NCBI GenBank assembly: GCA_035995165.1
Contig: DASYKU010000050.1
Coordinates: 3,040-67,039 of the forward strand
Direction of reading: 5' to 3'
DNA: 64,000 bases
From: Mycobacteriales bacterium
GTDB lineage: Bacteria; Actinomycetota; Actinomycetes; Mycobacteriales; CADCTP01
Part shown: in pieces, positions 1 through 7,233 of the stretch
How positions within the stretch are numbered: position 1 is the first letter of the stretch
How the letters are laid out: every line of letters begins with the position of its first letter
The notes under the pieces: model-generated
Seen by the model: only the letters and a program-made list of their open reading frames with translations
Database searches by the model: none
Told to the model about the DNA's origin: nothing
Translations under genes and position numbers: made by a program

Positions 1-386
1 AGCTCCGGCGAGACGCCCGCGACCACCCGGTCCCGCCCGAACCAGCGCAGCTCCGGCGCCGGCGTCCAGCCCGCGGACGCCTCGTGCAGCTCACGCAGCA
101 GCGTGCCGACGCCGGTGACGACCTCGTCGGTGCAGGCCCACGGCTCCGGCGGCGCGCCCGGCACGTCCCCCGGCACGAAGTCGAGCACGTCGCGGCCGCG
201 GTGGTCGACACCGCGGAAGCGGGGTGCGCCGGCGAACCCGACCGCGGCCAGGTGGTCCAGGTAGCCGGCGACGAACGGGGACTGCTCCTGGCGCGGCCGC
301 CGGACCGTGTCGCCGATGCGGACCACGCCCTCGGTCACGTCGCCCTTCGGCAGCGCGATCTCCGGCCCGTCCCCGAACTCGTCCAT
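1..386 (-). CDS. phosphotransferase family protein (APH / aminoglycoside-phosphotransferase-like), N-terminal part; continues beyond window start
   Basis: My translation of the minus strand from ATG 386-384 gives MDEFGDGPEIALPKGDVTEGVVRIGDTVRRPRQEQSPFVAGYLDHLAAVGFAGAPRFRGVDHRGRDVLDFVPGDV... This is the typical N-lobe of PF01636-type kinases. The frame is open to the window edge, so it is absent from the ORF track. Confidence 0.55.
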   Translation of the reverse strand, partial: MDEFGDGPEIALPKGDVTEGVVRIGDTVRRPRQEQSPFVAGYLDHLAAVGFAGAPRFRGVDHRGRDVLDFVPGDVPGAPPEPWACTDEVVTGVGTLLRELHEASAGWTPAPELRWFGRDRVVAGVSPE

Positions 387-423
387 ACCTGGATACCTTG
401 CCAGGCCGGGATAGGGTCCGGCC

Positions 424-1578
424 GTGCATGTCCGGCCGGAGCCCCGGCGCGGCGGCCGCCTGCGGACGGGCCTCACCGCCGCCCTCGCGGTCGTCCTCGT
501 CGTGACCGGGCTGGTGCTGGCCGCCCACGGGGTCCGATCGGCGGCCCGCCCGACCGCCGGACCGGCGGCCGGGCCGACTCCGGTCTCGGCCCCGGCGACC
601 CAGCCGGCCGCGACCCTGCCGGCCGCGACCCTGCCGGCCGCGACCGAGACGCCGGCGGCCCGGATCACGCTCGCCTTCGCCGGCGACGTGCACTTCGCCG
701 GACGGACGGCGACCCGGCTGGACGCCGATCCCGCGACCACGTTCGCCGAGGCCGCGTCGGCGTTGCGCGGCGCCGACCTGACCATGGTCAACCTGGAGAC
801 CGCGATCACGTCGCGCGGGGCGGCGGAGCCGAAGGAGTTCCACTTCCGGGCGCCGGCGACCGCGTTCACCGCGCTGCGGGCGGCCGGGGTGGACCTGGTC
901 ACGCTGGCCAACAACCACGCCGCCGACTACGGCGCGACCGGCCTGGCCGACACGCTGGCCGCGATCCGCACCTTCCCCTCGATCGGGATCGGGCCGACGG
1001 CGACCCAGGCGTACGCGCCGTACTACACCGAGATCAAGGGCCACCGGGTCGCGCTGCTCGCGGCCAGCCAGATCCGGGACCACACGCTCGCGGCCTGGTC
1101 GGCGGGGGAGAGCAGCCCCGGGATCGCCTCCGCGTACGACGACCGGCTGGTCGCGTCCGTCCGGGCGGCCCGCAGCCGGGCCGAGGTCGTGGTCGTCTAC
1201 CTGCACTGGGGCGTCGAGGGGCAGGGCTGCCCGAGCGCCGACCAGCGCGCGCTGGCGGCCCGGCTCGCGGCCGCCGGTGCGGACGCGGTCGTCGGCACGC
1301 ACGCGCACCAGCTGCTCGGCGCCGGCTACCTCGGGACCACGTACGTCGCGTACGGGCTGGGCAACTACCTCTGGTGGCGGGACGCCGCCTTCTCCAACGA
1401 CACCGGCGTGCTCCGGCTCGCGTTCGCCGGCCGGCGGGTGGTGCGGGCCGACTTCGAGCCGGCCCGCATCGACGGGCGCGGGGTGCCGGTGCCGGCGACC
1501 GGGCAGACCGCGGCCCGGATCATGCGCAAGTGGACCGGCCTCGTCGCCTGCACCGGCCTGTCCGGCGCGCCGGGCTGA
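424..1578 (+). CDS. CapA-family (PGA_cap) metallophosphatase-like, membrane-anchored protein
   Basis: ORF 424..1578 with a GTG start. It has an N-terminal hydrophobic anchor LTAALAVVLVVTGLVLAA and a PAATL repeat linker (15-bp DNA repeat around 601-645). CapA-type motifs AFAGDVHF, LANNHAADYG and YLHWGVE follow. Confidence 0.75.
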   Translation: MHVRPEPRRGGRLRTGLTAALAVVLVVTGLVLAAHGVRSAARPTAGPAAGPTPVSAPATQPAATLPAATLPAATETPAARITLAFAGDVHFAGRTATRLDADPATTFAEAASALRGADLTMVNLETAITSRGAAEPKEFHFRAPATAFTALRAAGVDLVTLANNHAADYGATGLADTLAAIRTFPSIGIGPTATQAYAPYYTEIKGHRVALLAASQIRDHTLAAWSAGESSPGIASAYDDRLVASVRAARSRAEVVVVYLHWGVEGQGCPSADQRALAARLAAAGADAVVGTHAHQLLGAGYLGTTYVAYGLGNYLWWRDAAFSNDTGVLRLAFAGRRVVRADFEPARIDGRGVPVPATGQTAARIMRKWTGLVACTGLSGAPG

Positions 1579-1612
1579 GGAGTGGTGGGCCGGGGCAGGT
1601 GGCGGGCCGGGG

Positions 1613-2647
1613 CTAGGTGGTGGGCCGGGCCAGGCGCTCGGAGAGGAAGCGCATCGCCAGCGGGTACCGGTACTCGATCATCGGGTGACCGGCGTCGAAG
1701 AGCTCGAAGACGTCCGGCGTCACGCCGACCTTCGCCAGCTCGTCGACGAACGCCTGCGCGCCCAGGTCGAGGAAGTACTCGTCGTGGGTGCCGGCGTCGA
1801 TCCAGATCGCCCGCAGCGATCGCAGCGCCTCGGCGTACTTCGGGACCATCCGGACCGGGTCCCAGTCCAGCCAGCGCTGCCAGACCTCCGGGATCAGCCG
1901 CCCGGTCCCGACCTCGAACGGCAGCTGCACGGTCCCGTCGTCGTTCGCCGAGAACGCCGCCGCCACCCCGTACACGCTGCAGAGGTTCCCGTCGCCCGGC
2001 TTCGTCATCGGAACCCGCGAGCGGAAGTCGGCCCAGAAGTTCTCGAACGACCCGTCGTACTGGTCCCGCAGCGTCCGGGCCGCCTCGCCGAAGTCCTTGA
2101 TGTAGCAGAGCTCGTAGAGGGTGTCGCCGGCGTGGCTGGCGAACGCGCCGAACAGGTCCGGCCGCAGCATCGGCGTGATCAGCGAGCCGAACCCGCCGCT
2201 GGACTTGCCGGTGATCGCCCGCGACTCCCGGTCGGCGATCGTCCGCCAGCGCCCGTCCACGAACGGCACGACCTCGTCGCAGAGGTACGTGTGGTAGTTC
2301 CCGGTGCCGGGGGAGTCGACGAACTGGCTCCCGCCGTACGCGGTCCAGGCGTCGACGCCGACCACCAGCGCCGGCGGCGTGTCCGTCCTCGCGAACACGT
2401 CGTCGATCAGCTCCAGCACCGTCGGCCGGAACGGCGACCGGTTGCCCCACATGCCGATCGTGCCGGTGTAGCCCTGGATCAGGTAGATCACCGGGAAGCG
2501 GGCGGCCGGGTCCGCGTCGTACGCCGGGGGCAGGTAGACCCAGAGCGGGCGGCGCCACTCGTCGCCCAGCGGGTTGCCCTGCAGCGCCTCGGACTCGATC
2601 GTCCCGTGCTCGTACCGGCCGACGAAGTCGGACTGCCACGGCCTCAT
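1613..2647 (-). CDS. esterase-family alpha/beta hydrolase (putative esterase / enterochelin-esterase type)
   Basis: This is the C-terminal 344 aa of ORF 1613..2761. I moved the start to ATG 2647 (MRPWQSDF) because the longer ORF overlaps tRNA-Gly. It has the GKSSGGFG nucleophile elbow and IYLIQGYTG. Confidence 0.7.
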   Translation of the reverse strand: MRPWQSDFVGRYEHGTIESEALQGNPLGDEWRRPLWVYLPPAYDADPAARFPVIYLIQGYTGTIGMWGNRSPFRPTVLELIDDVFARTDTPPALVVGVDAWTAYGGSQFVDSPGTGNYHTYLCDEVVPFVDGRWRTIADRESRAITGKSSGGFGSLITPMLRPDLFGAFASHAGDTLYELCYIKDFGEAARTLRDQYDGSFENFWADFRSRVPMTKPGDGNLCSVYGVAAAFSANDDGTVQLPFEVGTGRLIPEVWQRWLDWDPVRMVPKYAEALRSLRAIWIDAGTHDEYFLDLGAQAFVDELAKVGVTPDVFELFDAGHPMIEYRYPLAMRFLSERLARPTT

Positions 2648-2731
2648 GCCGCCATCCTGCCCTGCGGCGCGCCCCGCCGCGGTACCGGTTTGAAGCCGTG
2701 TTCCACGATCGGATACAGTCTTGTACGCGCT

Positions 2732-2804
2732 GCGGACGTGGCTCAGTTGGTAGAGCATCACCTTGCCAAGGTGAGGGTCGCGGGTTCGAATCCCGTCGTC
2801 CGCT
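2732..2804 (+). tRNA. tRNA-Gly (anticodon GCC)
   Basis: Hand-folded cloverleaf. Acceptor GCGGACG pairs with CGTCCGC, the anticodon loop is TTGCCAA, and the T-arm is GGGTTCGAATCCC. CCA is not encoded. Confidence 0.95.
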
Positions 2805-2853
2805 CGGAGATGCCTTCGGGCGTCCTGCCGTTCCGGGGAACCTTCCCGGCTTC

Positions 2854-2925
2854 GGCGGAGTGGCCGAGTGGCTTAGGCAAGGGCCTGCAAAGCCCTGTAC
2901 GCGGGTTCGATTCCCGCCTCCGCCT
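2854..2925 (+). tRNA. tRNA-Cys (anticodon GCA)
   Basis: Acceptor GGCGGAG pairs with CTCCGCC. The anticodon stem is AGGGC/GCCCT with loop CTGCAAA, and the T-arm is GCGGGTTCGATTCCCGC. Confidence 0.95.
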
Positions 2926-2926
2926 C

Positions 2927-2998
2927 GGGCGCTTAGCTCAGCGGGAGAGCGCTTCCCTGACACGGAAGAGGTCACAGGTTCAATCCCTGTAGCGCCCA
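2927..2998 (+). tRNA. tRNA-Val (anticodon GAC)
   Basis: Acceptor GGGCGCT pairs with AGCGCCC. The anticodon stem is TTCC/GGAA with loop CTGACAC, and the T-arm is ACAGGTTCAATCCCTGT. It starts 1 nt after tRNA-Cys. Confidence 0.95.
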
Positions 2999-3006
2999 CG
3001 TCGACC

Positions 3007-3035
3007 CGACCCCACCTGCTTCGCGGGTGGGGTCG
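3007..3035 (+). terminator. GC-rich hairpin directly after the tRNA cluster (possible terminator or processing signal)
   Basis: CGACCCCACC (3007-3016) pairs with GGTGGGGTCG (3026-3035) around a 9-nt loop. There is no clear U-tract. Confidence 0.4.
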
Positions 3036-3105
3036 TCGTCATTCATCCCGGGGGGCCGGACCCCCGGACCCCCGGGGGTTGGTCGGCTTCGCCATCCCGT
3101 CCCAC

Positions 3106-3257
3106 GCCTGGGGCTTCGCCCCTTGCCCCCACTCCTGGGGCTTCGCCTGGGGCTTCGCCCCTTGGCCCCACGCCTGGGGCTTCGCCCCTTGCCCCCATTC
3201 CTGGGGCTTCGCCCCTTGCCCCCACGGCCACTCCTGGGGCTTTGCCCCTTCCCGGCC
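3106..3257. repeat. about 5.5 contiguous copies of a 27-bp repeat, CCTGGGGCTTCGCCCCTTGCCCCCAYN, each carrying a GGGGC-TTC-GCCCC hairpin
   Basis: Copies start at about 3107, 3134 (12-bp partial), 3146, 3173, 3200 and 3233. They are contiguous with no spacers and lie between the tRNA cluster and the first DHFR-like gene. Confidence 0.85.
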
Positions 3258-3339
3258 CCGGACGGCCGGGTGCCTCGCCGACTTCCCTTGTTGGTGACTG
3301 TGCGTTTCAAGTGTGGCGCTTGGTGACAGGTGTTGGGGC

Positions 3340-3942
3340 ATGGCCAAACTTGCTTCATCAGCGTCCATGTCGTTGGACGGGTACATCGCCAAGGACGACA
3401 ACTCGATCGGACGACTGTTCGACTGGCTCCAGAACGGGGAAGTGGAGATCGACACGGCGATTCCGTCGATGAAGGTCCACCTGAGCCCGCCGAGCGCCGA
3501 GCACTGGCGGCAGTGGGCGGGCGGCCTCGGTTCGCTGATCTGTGGACGGACGCTCTTCGACGTCGCCGGCGGGTGGGGCGGGACCCACAACATGGGCGTG
3601 CCGGTCGTCGTCATGACCCACGAGGTGCCCACCGACTGGGTCGAGGAGCATCCGGATGCGCCGTTCCACTTCGTCACGGACGGGGTCGAGGCGGCCGCCG
3701 CGAAAGCTCGGGAACTCGCCGGCGATCGCGTCGTCTGCGTCAGCGCCGGCACCGTGGCCCGGCAGTGCCTGGATGCCGGCGTACTCGATGAGGTGACCGT
3801 CGACCTTGTCCCCGTCGTGATGGGGAAGGGGCGCCCGTACTTCGGGAGCCTCGGCATGGAGGACGCCCCGCTCGGTGACCCGGACTATTGCGTCCAGGGA
3901 GACCGCGTCACCCATCTCAAGTTCCCGGTGATCCGGGGGTGA
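3340..3942 (+). CDS. dihydrofolate reductase family protein (RibD C-terminal domain type)
   Basis: ORF 3313..3942, start set at ATG 3340 (MAKLASSASMSLDGYIAKDDNSIGRLFDW...). Motifs LICGRTLFD and VDLVPVVMGKGRPYF are typical of the RibD_C family. Confidence 0.75.
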   Translation: MAKLASSASMSLDGYIAKDDNSIGRLFDWLQNGEVEIDTAIPSMKVHLSPPSAEHWRQWAGGLGSLICGRTLFDVAGGWGGTHNMGVPVVVMTHEVPTDWVEEHPDAPFHFVTDGVEAAAAKARELAGDRVVCVSAGTVARQCLDAGVLDEVTVDLVPVVMGKGRPYFGSLGMEDAPLGDPDYCVQGDRVTHLKFPVIRG

Positions 3943-3973
3943 GGGCGTTTCGATCGGGCGGCGTAGTGGATAC

Positions 3974-4582
3974 ATGACCGGCATGGGAAAGGTCACCGCG
4001 TCGTCGTCGATGTCACTCGACGGCTGCATCGCCAAGGACGACAACACGATCGGCCGGCTCTTCGACTGGTACTTCAACGGGACCGTCGAGATCAAGACGG
4101 CGACGGACGGACTGGTGTTTCACCTGAGCCCGCAGAGCGCCGAGTACTGGCGGGAGCTGGTCGGCAGCTTCGGTGTGCTGATCTGCGGGCGGACGCTGTT
4201 CGACACCACCGACGGATGGGGCGGCATCCACACCCTGGACGTTCCGGTCGTCGTCCTTACCCACGAGGTGCCGACCGAGTGGGTCGAGCGGTACCCGGAC
4301 GCGCCGTTCCATTTCGTCACGGACGGAATTGACGCGGCCGTGGCGAAGGGTCAGGAGATCGCCGGGGACAAGGTCGTGTCGGTCGCCGCCGGCACGATCA
4401 CCCGGCAGTGCCTGGAGGCCGGGTTGCTCGACGAGGTCGTGGTCGACCTGGTTCCCGTCGTGATGGGGAAAGGACGTCCGTATTTTGGCGGCATGTCCCT
4501 GACGGACGTCCCGCTCGGCGACCCGACGCTCTGCATTCAGGGCGACCGGGTGACGCACCTGAGATTTCCGGTGACTAAGTGA
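3974..4582 (+). CDS. dihydrofolate reductase family protein (RibD_C), tandem paralog of 3340..3942
   Basis: ORF 3974..4582. It is collinear with the upstream gene and about 70% identical by eye (SSMSLDGCIAKDDNTIGRLFDW, LICGRTLFD, VDLVPVVMGKGRPYF). Confidence 0.75.
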   Translation: MTGMGKVTASSSMSLDGCIAKDDNTIGRLFDWYFNGTVEIKTATDGLVFHLSPQSAEYWRELVGSFGVLICGRTLFDTTDGWGGIHTLDVPVVVLTHEVPTEWVERYPDAPFHFVTDGIDAAVAKGQEIAGDKVVSVAAGTITRQCLEAGLLDEVVVDLVPVVMGKGRPYFGGMSLTDVPLGDPTLCIQGDRVTHLRFPVTK

Positions 4583-5174
4583 GTTCCGGGCGTCCGTAGG
4601 CCGCCTGGAATGTGGTGAGGGCGGTATCCACGCGAGAGCGGACCTCGGTGGGGGAGAGCGGGTCCATCGCGACGAACATCGAGCGCAGCAGCGGGTCGGC
4701 GATCAGGAGCCACATCAGCTGCGACGCCGCCTCGTGGGGGTCGGGACAGTGCAGGCCGGGGGTGGCGGCCAGGCGGTCGGCGAGTTCGTCGATGGTCTTG
4801 TCGGGGCCTTGCGCGTGCCAGGCCGCGGCCAGTTCCGGGAAGCGGCTCGCCTCGGCCGCGATCATCCGGCGCAGCCGGACCACGTCCGGGGCGAGGACCT
4901 GCGTCACCAGCGCGGTCCCGTACGCGTGGAGATCCGTTCCGGCCTCGCTCGCCGCGGACCGCAGGGCGGCGTGCATGGGCTCGCTGGTGGCTCGCATGAC
5001 CCTCTCGAAGAGGGTCTTCTTGTCGGCGAAGTGCTTGTAGACGGTCTGCTTCGAGACGGCGGCGGTGCGGGCGACCTCGTCCATGCTGGTGCCCGCGTAT
5101 CCGTGCTCCAGGAAGACGCGGGTCGCCGCCGCCACGATCGCGCTGTTCTTGCGGTCCGAGCGGGTCTCGGTCAC
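4575..5174 (-). CDS. TetR/AcrR family transcriptional regulator
   Basis: The HTH is TSMDEVARTAAVSKQTVYKHFADKKTLF. The start is set at GTG 5174-5172, which overlaps the TGA (5173-5171) of the upstream DHFR-like gene as a GTGA junction. Confidence 0.8.
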   Translation of the reverse strand: MTETRSDRKNSAIVAAATRVFLEHGYAGTSMDEVARTAAVSKQTVYKHFADKKTLFERVMRATSEPMHAALRSAASEAGTDLHAYGTALVTQVLAPDVVRLRRMIAAEASRFPELAAAWHAQGPDKTIDELADRLAATPGLHCPDPHEAASQLMWLLIADPLLRSMFVAMDPLSPTEVRSRVDTALTTFQAAYGRPELT

Positions 5175-5737
5175 GCCGGCCGGTACCGGCTGATCAGCAC
5201 GCCGGTGGTCGTCGGCACGCACTCGGTCAGCCGCAGCGGACCCTCCTGACTGCTGAACAGCCGCCGGCCCCGGCCGAGCAGCACCGGCGCGACCAGCAGC
5301 AGGTACTCGTCGACCAGGCCGGCCTCGCTCAGCGAGCGGGCCAGCTCGCCGCTGCCGAGCACGGTCAGGTCCGCGTCGATCTCCGGCAGCTCCTTCACCG
5401 GATCGCGCAGCAGCACCGAGTTCTGCCAGGGGAGCGGCTCGGTCAGCGTGGTCGAGGCGACGTACTTCAGGTTCGCGTCGAGCGCGGGTGTGAACGGGTT
5501 GTCCGGCTGCTTCGGCCAGTACCCGTGGAAGTCCTCGTACGTCCGCCGCCCCAGCAGCAGCCCACCGCGGCCGGGGCCGCCCGCGAGGCTGCCGAGATAG
5601 CGCCCCAGCACCCCGTCGTTGTACGGCTGGAACCAGCCGCCCCGATCGAACCCGTCCCGGGTGTCCTCGTCGGCCCGCCCCGGGCCCTGCATCACGCCGT
5701 CCAGGCTGAGGTTCTCCATCACCACGATCCGGGCCAT
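5171..5737 (-). CDS. dihydrofolate reductase family protein (RibD_C), third paralog
   Basis: The start is ATG 5737 (MARIVVMENLSLDGVMQGPG...), preceded by GGAGGAGGA. Motif LLVAPVLLGRGRRLF is present. It is first in an operon with the TetR gene. Confidence 0.75.
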   Translation of the reverse strand: MARIVVMENLSLDGVMQGPGRADEDTRDGFDRGGWFQPYNDGVLGRYLGSLAGGPGRGGLLLGRRTYEDFHGYWPKQPDNPFTPALDANLKYVASTTLTEPLPWQNSVLLRDPVKELPEIDADLTVLGSGELARSLSEAGLVDEYLLLVAPVLLGRGRRLFSSQEGPLRLTECVPTTTGVLISRYRPA

Positions 5738-5759
5738 CGGTCTCCTCCTCCGTACGGGA

Positions 5760-5774
5760 ACTGGACTGTCCAGT
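5760..5774. promoter_or_regulatory. perfect 15-bp palindrome ACTGGACtGTCCAGT, candidate TetR operator upstream of the DHFR-TetR operon
   Basis: Read directly from the sequence. It lies 23 bp upstream of the DHFR-like start in a locally lower-GC intergenic region. Confidence 0.45.
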
Positions 5775-5790
5775 ACCATACGCAAACTAG

Positions 5791-5805
5791 ACTGGACCGT
5801 CTAGT
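5791..5805. promoter_or_regulatory. second, imperfect copy of the operator-like palindrome (ACTGGACcGTCtAGT), embedded in a larger 8-bp-arm palindrome at 5785..5806
   Basis: The left half-site is the same as in 5760..5774, with one mismatch in the right half. It overlaps the stop codon of the methyltransferase gene, so the larger palindrome could also act as its terminator hairpin. Confidence 0.35.
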
Positions 5806-6406
5806 TCTGAGGCCAGACCAGCGTGTAGCGCCAGAACAGCCGCCGCCGGATCCGCGCGCCCGGCAGCACCGCCCGCGCCGCGGCCCGGATCTCGGCCAGT
5901 GGCTCGGCCGCCGCCGCGACCGGCGCCGACATGCCGGCCGGCGCCGTGCCGGTGGACGTGAGCAGCCCGACTATCAGGTTCGCCGGGATCGCGACCAGGT
6001 CCACGGCCCGGTCGGCCCGGGTCGCCGTGCGGTAGCAGCCGACGATCACCAGCCGTCCGCCCGGCCGGACCAGCGCCTTCAGCCGTTCCAGCGCCGGGAC
6101 CAACGGCAGGTGGTGCACGACCGCGACGGCGGTGACCAGGTCGTACGCGGGCTCGGGCGGGAGGTCGAGCAGGTCGAGGATCCGGGCGTCGGCCAGCGCC
6201 GCGACGCGCGGGTCGCGGTCGATGCCCTCGGCCGCCGGGACCACGCGGGCCAGCGCCCGCAGCAGCGTCCCGGTGCCGCAACCGACGTCGAGGGCGCGCC
6301 GGGCGCCGGGCGGCACCTGCCGCAGCACCCAGGGCAGGTAGTGGGCGTTGTGACTCCACGGGTGTGCCCGGTTGACCGCGTCGATCCGGCGCCGCAGGCC
6401 GTTCAC
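5801..6406 (-). CDS. class I SAM-dependent methyltransferase
   Basis: This is the C-terminal 201 aa of ORF 5801..7219. It has the LDVGCGTGTL SAM motif and VRPGGRLVIV. Start GTG 6406-6404 overlaps the AAC(3) stop TGA 6405-6403. Confidence 0.7.
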   Translation of the reverse strand: MNGLRRRIDAVNRAHPWSHNAHYLPWVLRQVPPGARRALDVGCGTGTLLRALARVVPAAEGIDRDPRVAALADARILDLLDLPPEPAYDLVTAVAVVHHLPLVPALERLKALVRPGGRLVIVGCYRTATRADRAVDLVAIPANLIVGLLTSTGTAPAGMSAPVAAAAEPLAEIRAAARAVLPGARIRRRLFWRYTLVWPQN

Positions 6407-7200
6407 GGGCGGTGGGTCCGGAACCACCCGGCGGCGAAGTCGACGAGCGGGACGACCGGCAGCAGGAGGCTGTCGGCGAGGCCGACCCGGGCCGCGGTGA
6501 CGGGGCCGGGGTACGCCGCGCCGACGGCCGGGAAGTCGGAGTCGTCCCAGTCCAGCGTCGGGAATCGAACCCACCCGCGCTGTCCGTCCACGAGCACCGG
6601 CGACCCACCGAGCATCTCCCGGCCCCGCCCGGACCGGTGCTCGGCCAGGTGCAGCGTGGTGTTGTTGCCGTGGCCGACACCGAGCAGCAGCACGTGGCCG
6701 CCCGCCTCGTACAGGCGGCTGAGCGGAGAGCCCTCGCCGACCCCGTACGGCAGCGGGTGCGGGTCCAGCAGCCACTGTGCCCGCGGCCCACGGGCGGCGA
6801 ACGAGTCGGTCGGGTGCGCGCTGCGCAACACCCCGGCGCAGGACCGGAAGCACTCCGGTACGGCGCCCATCCCGCGGGTCGGCGTCGCCCGCGGGTCGTA
6901 CGCGGGCATCCCGGCGCGGATCTCGTCCCACCACTCCGGCGGCACCGGTGGCCGCTGCCAGGTCGCCGGGTCGGTCAGCCCACCGGACTGCGTCGGCATC
7001 ATCAGTGTCCCGTCCGGGCCGAGCGCGAGGGTCAGGGCCTCGACCACGGCCTGCGCCCCGCCGACCACGAACCCCAGCCGGGACATCGCCGAGTGCACGA
7101 GCACGATCCCGCCGGCCGGCGACTCGGCCGCCCGCAGCTGCGCGGCCAGCGTCACCGCGGTCAGCGGCCGGGACGAGCGCGCGATGACCTCCGCCTCCAC
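6403..7200 (-). CDS. aminoglycoside N(3)-acetyltransferase family protein (AAC(3), Antibiotic_NAT)
   Basis: ORF 6403..7200. The family-typical segments are VLVHSAMSRLGFVVGGAQAVVEAL..GPDGTLMMPT and LLLGVGHGNNTTLHLAEH. Confidence 0.75.
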   Translation of the reverse strand: MEAEVIARSSRPLTAVTLAAQLRAAESPAGGIVLVHSAMSRLGFVVGGAQAVVEALTLALGPDGTLMMPTQSGGLTDPATWQRPPVPPEWWDEIRAGMPAYDPRATPTRGMGAVPECFRSCAGVLRSAHPTDSFAARGPRAQWLLDPHPLPYGVGEGSPLSRLYEAGGHVLLLGVGHGNNTTLHLAEHRSGRGREMLGGSPVLVDGQRGWVRFPTLDWDDSDFPAVGAAYPGPVTAARVGLADSLLLPVVPLVDFAAGWFRTHRP

Positions 7201-7233
7201 CGTGCTGTTCTAGCACCAACTACGGTCCTGAGG

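Noticed and set aside
3106-3257. The possibility that the 27-bp array (and the 26-bp array at 62484..62570) is a CRISPR locus.
   Set aside because: The repeat units are contiguous with no unique spacers, there are no cas genes in the window, and the unit length is short.
2698-3297. A 199-aa plus-strand ORF containing WGFAPCPH nonapeptide repeats.
   Set aside because: It reads straight through three tRNA genes. The repeat periodicity comes from the 27-bp DNA repeat, and no start codon lies downstream of the tRNAs. I treat it as non-coding.
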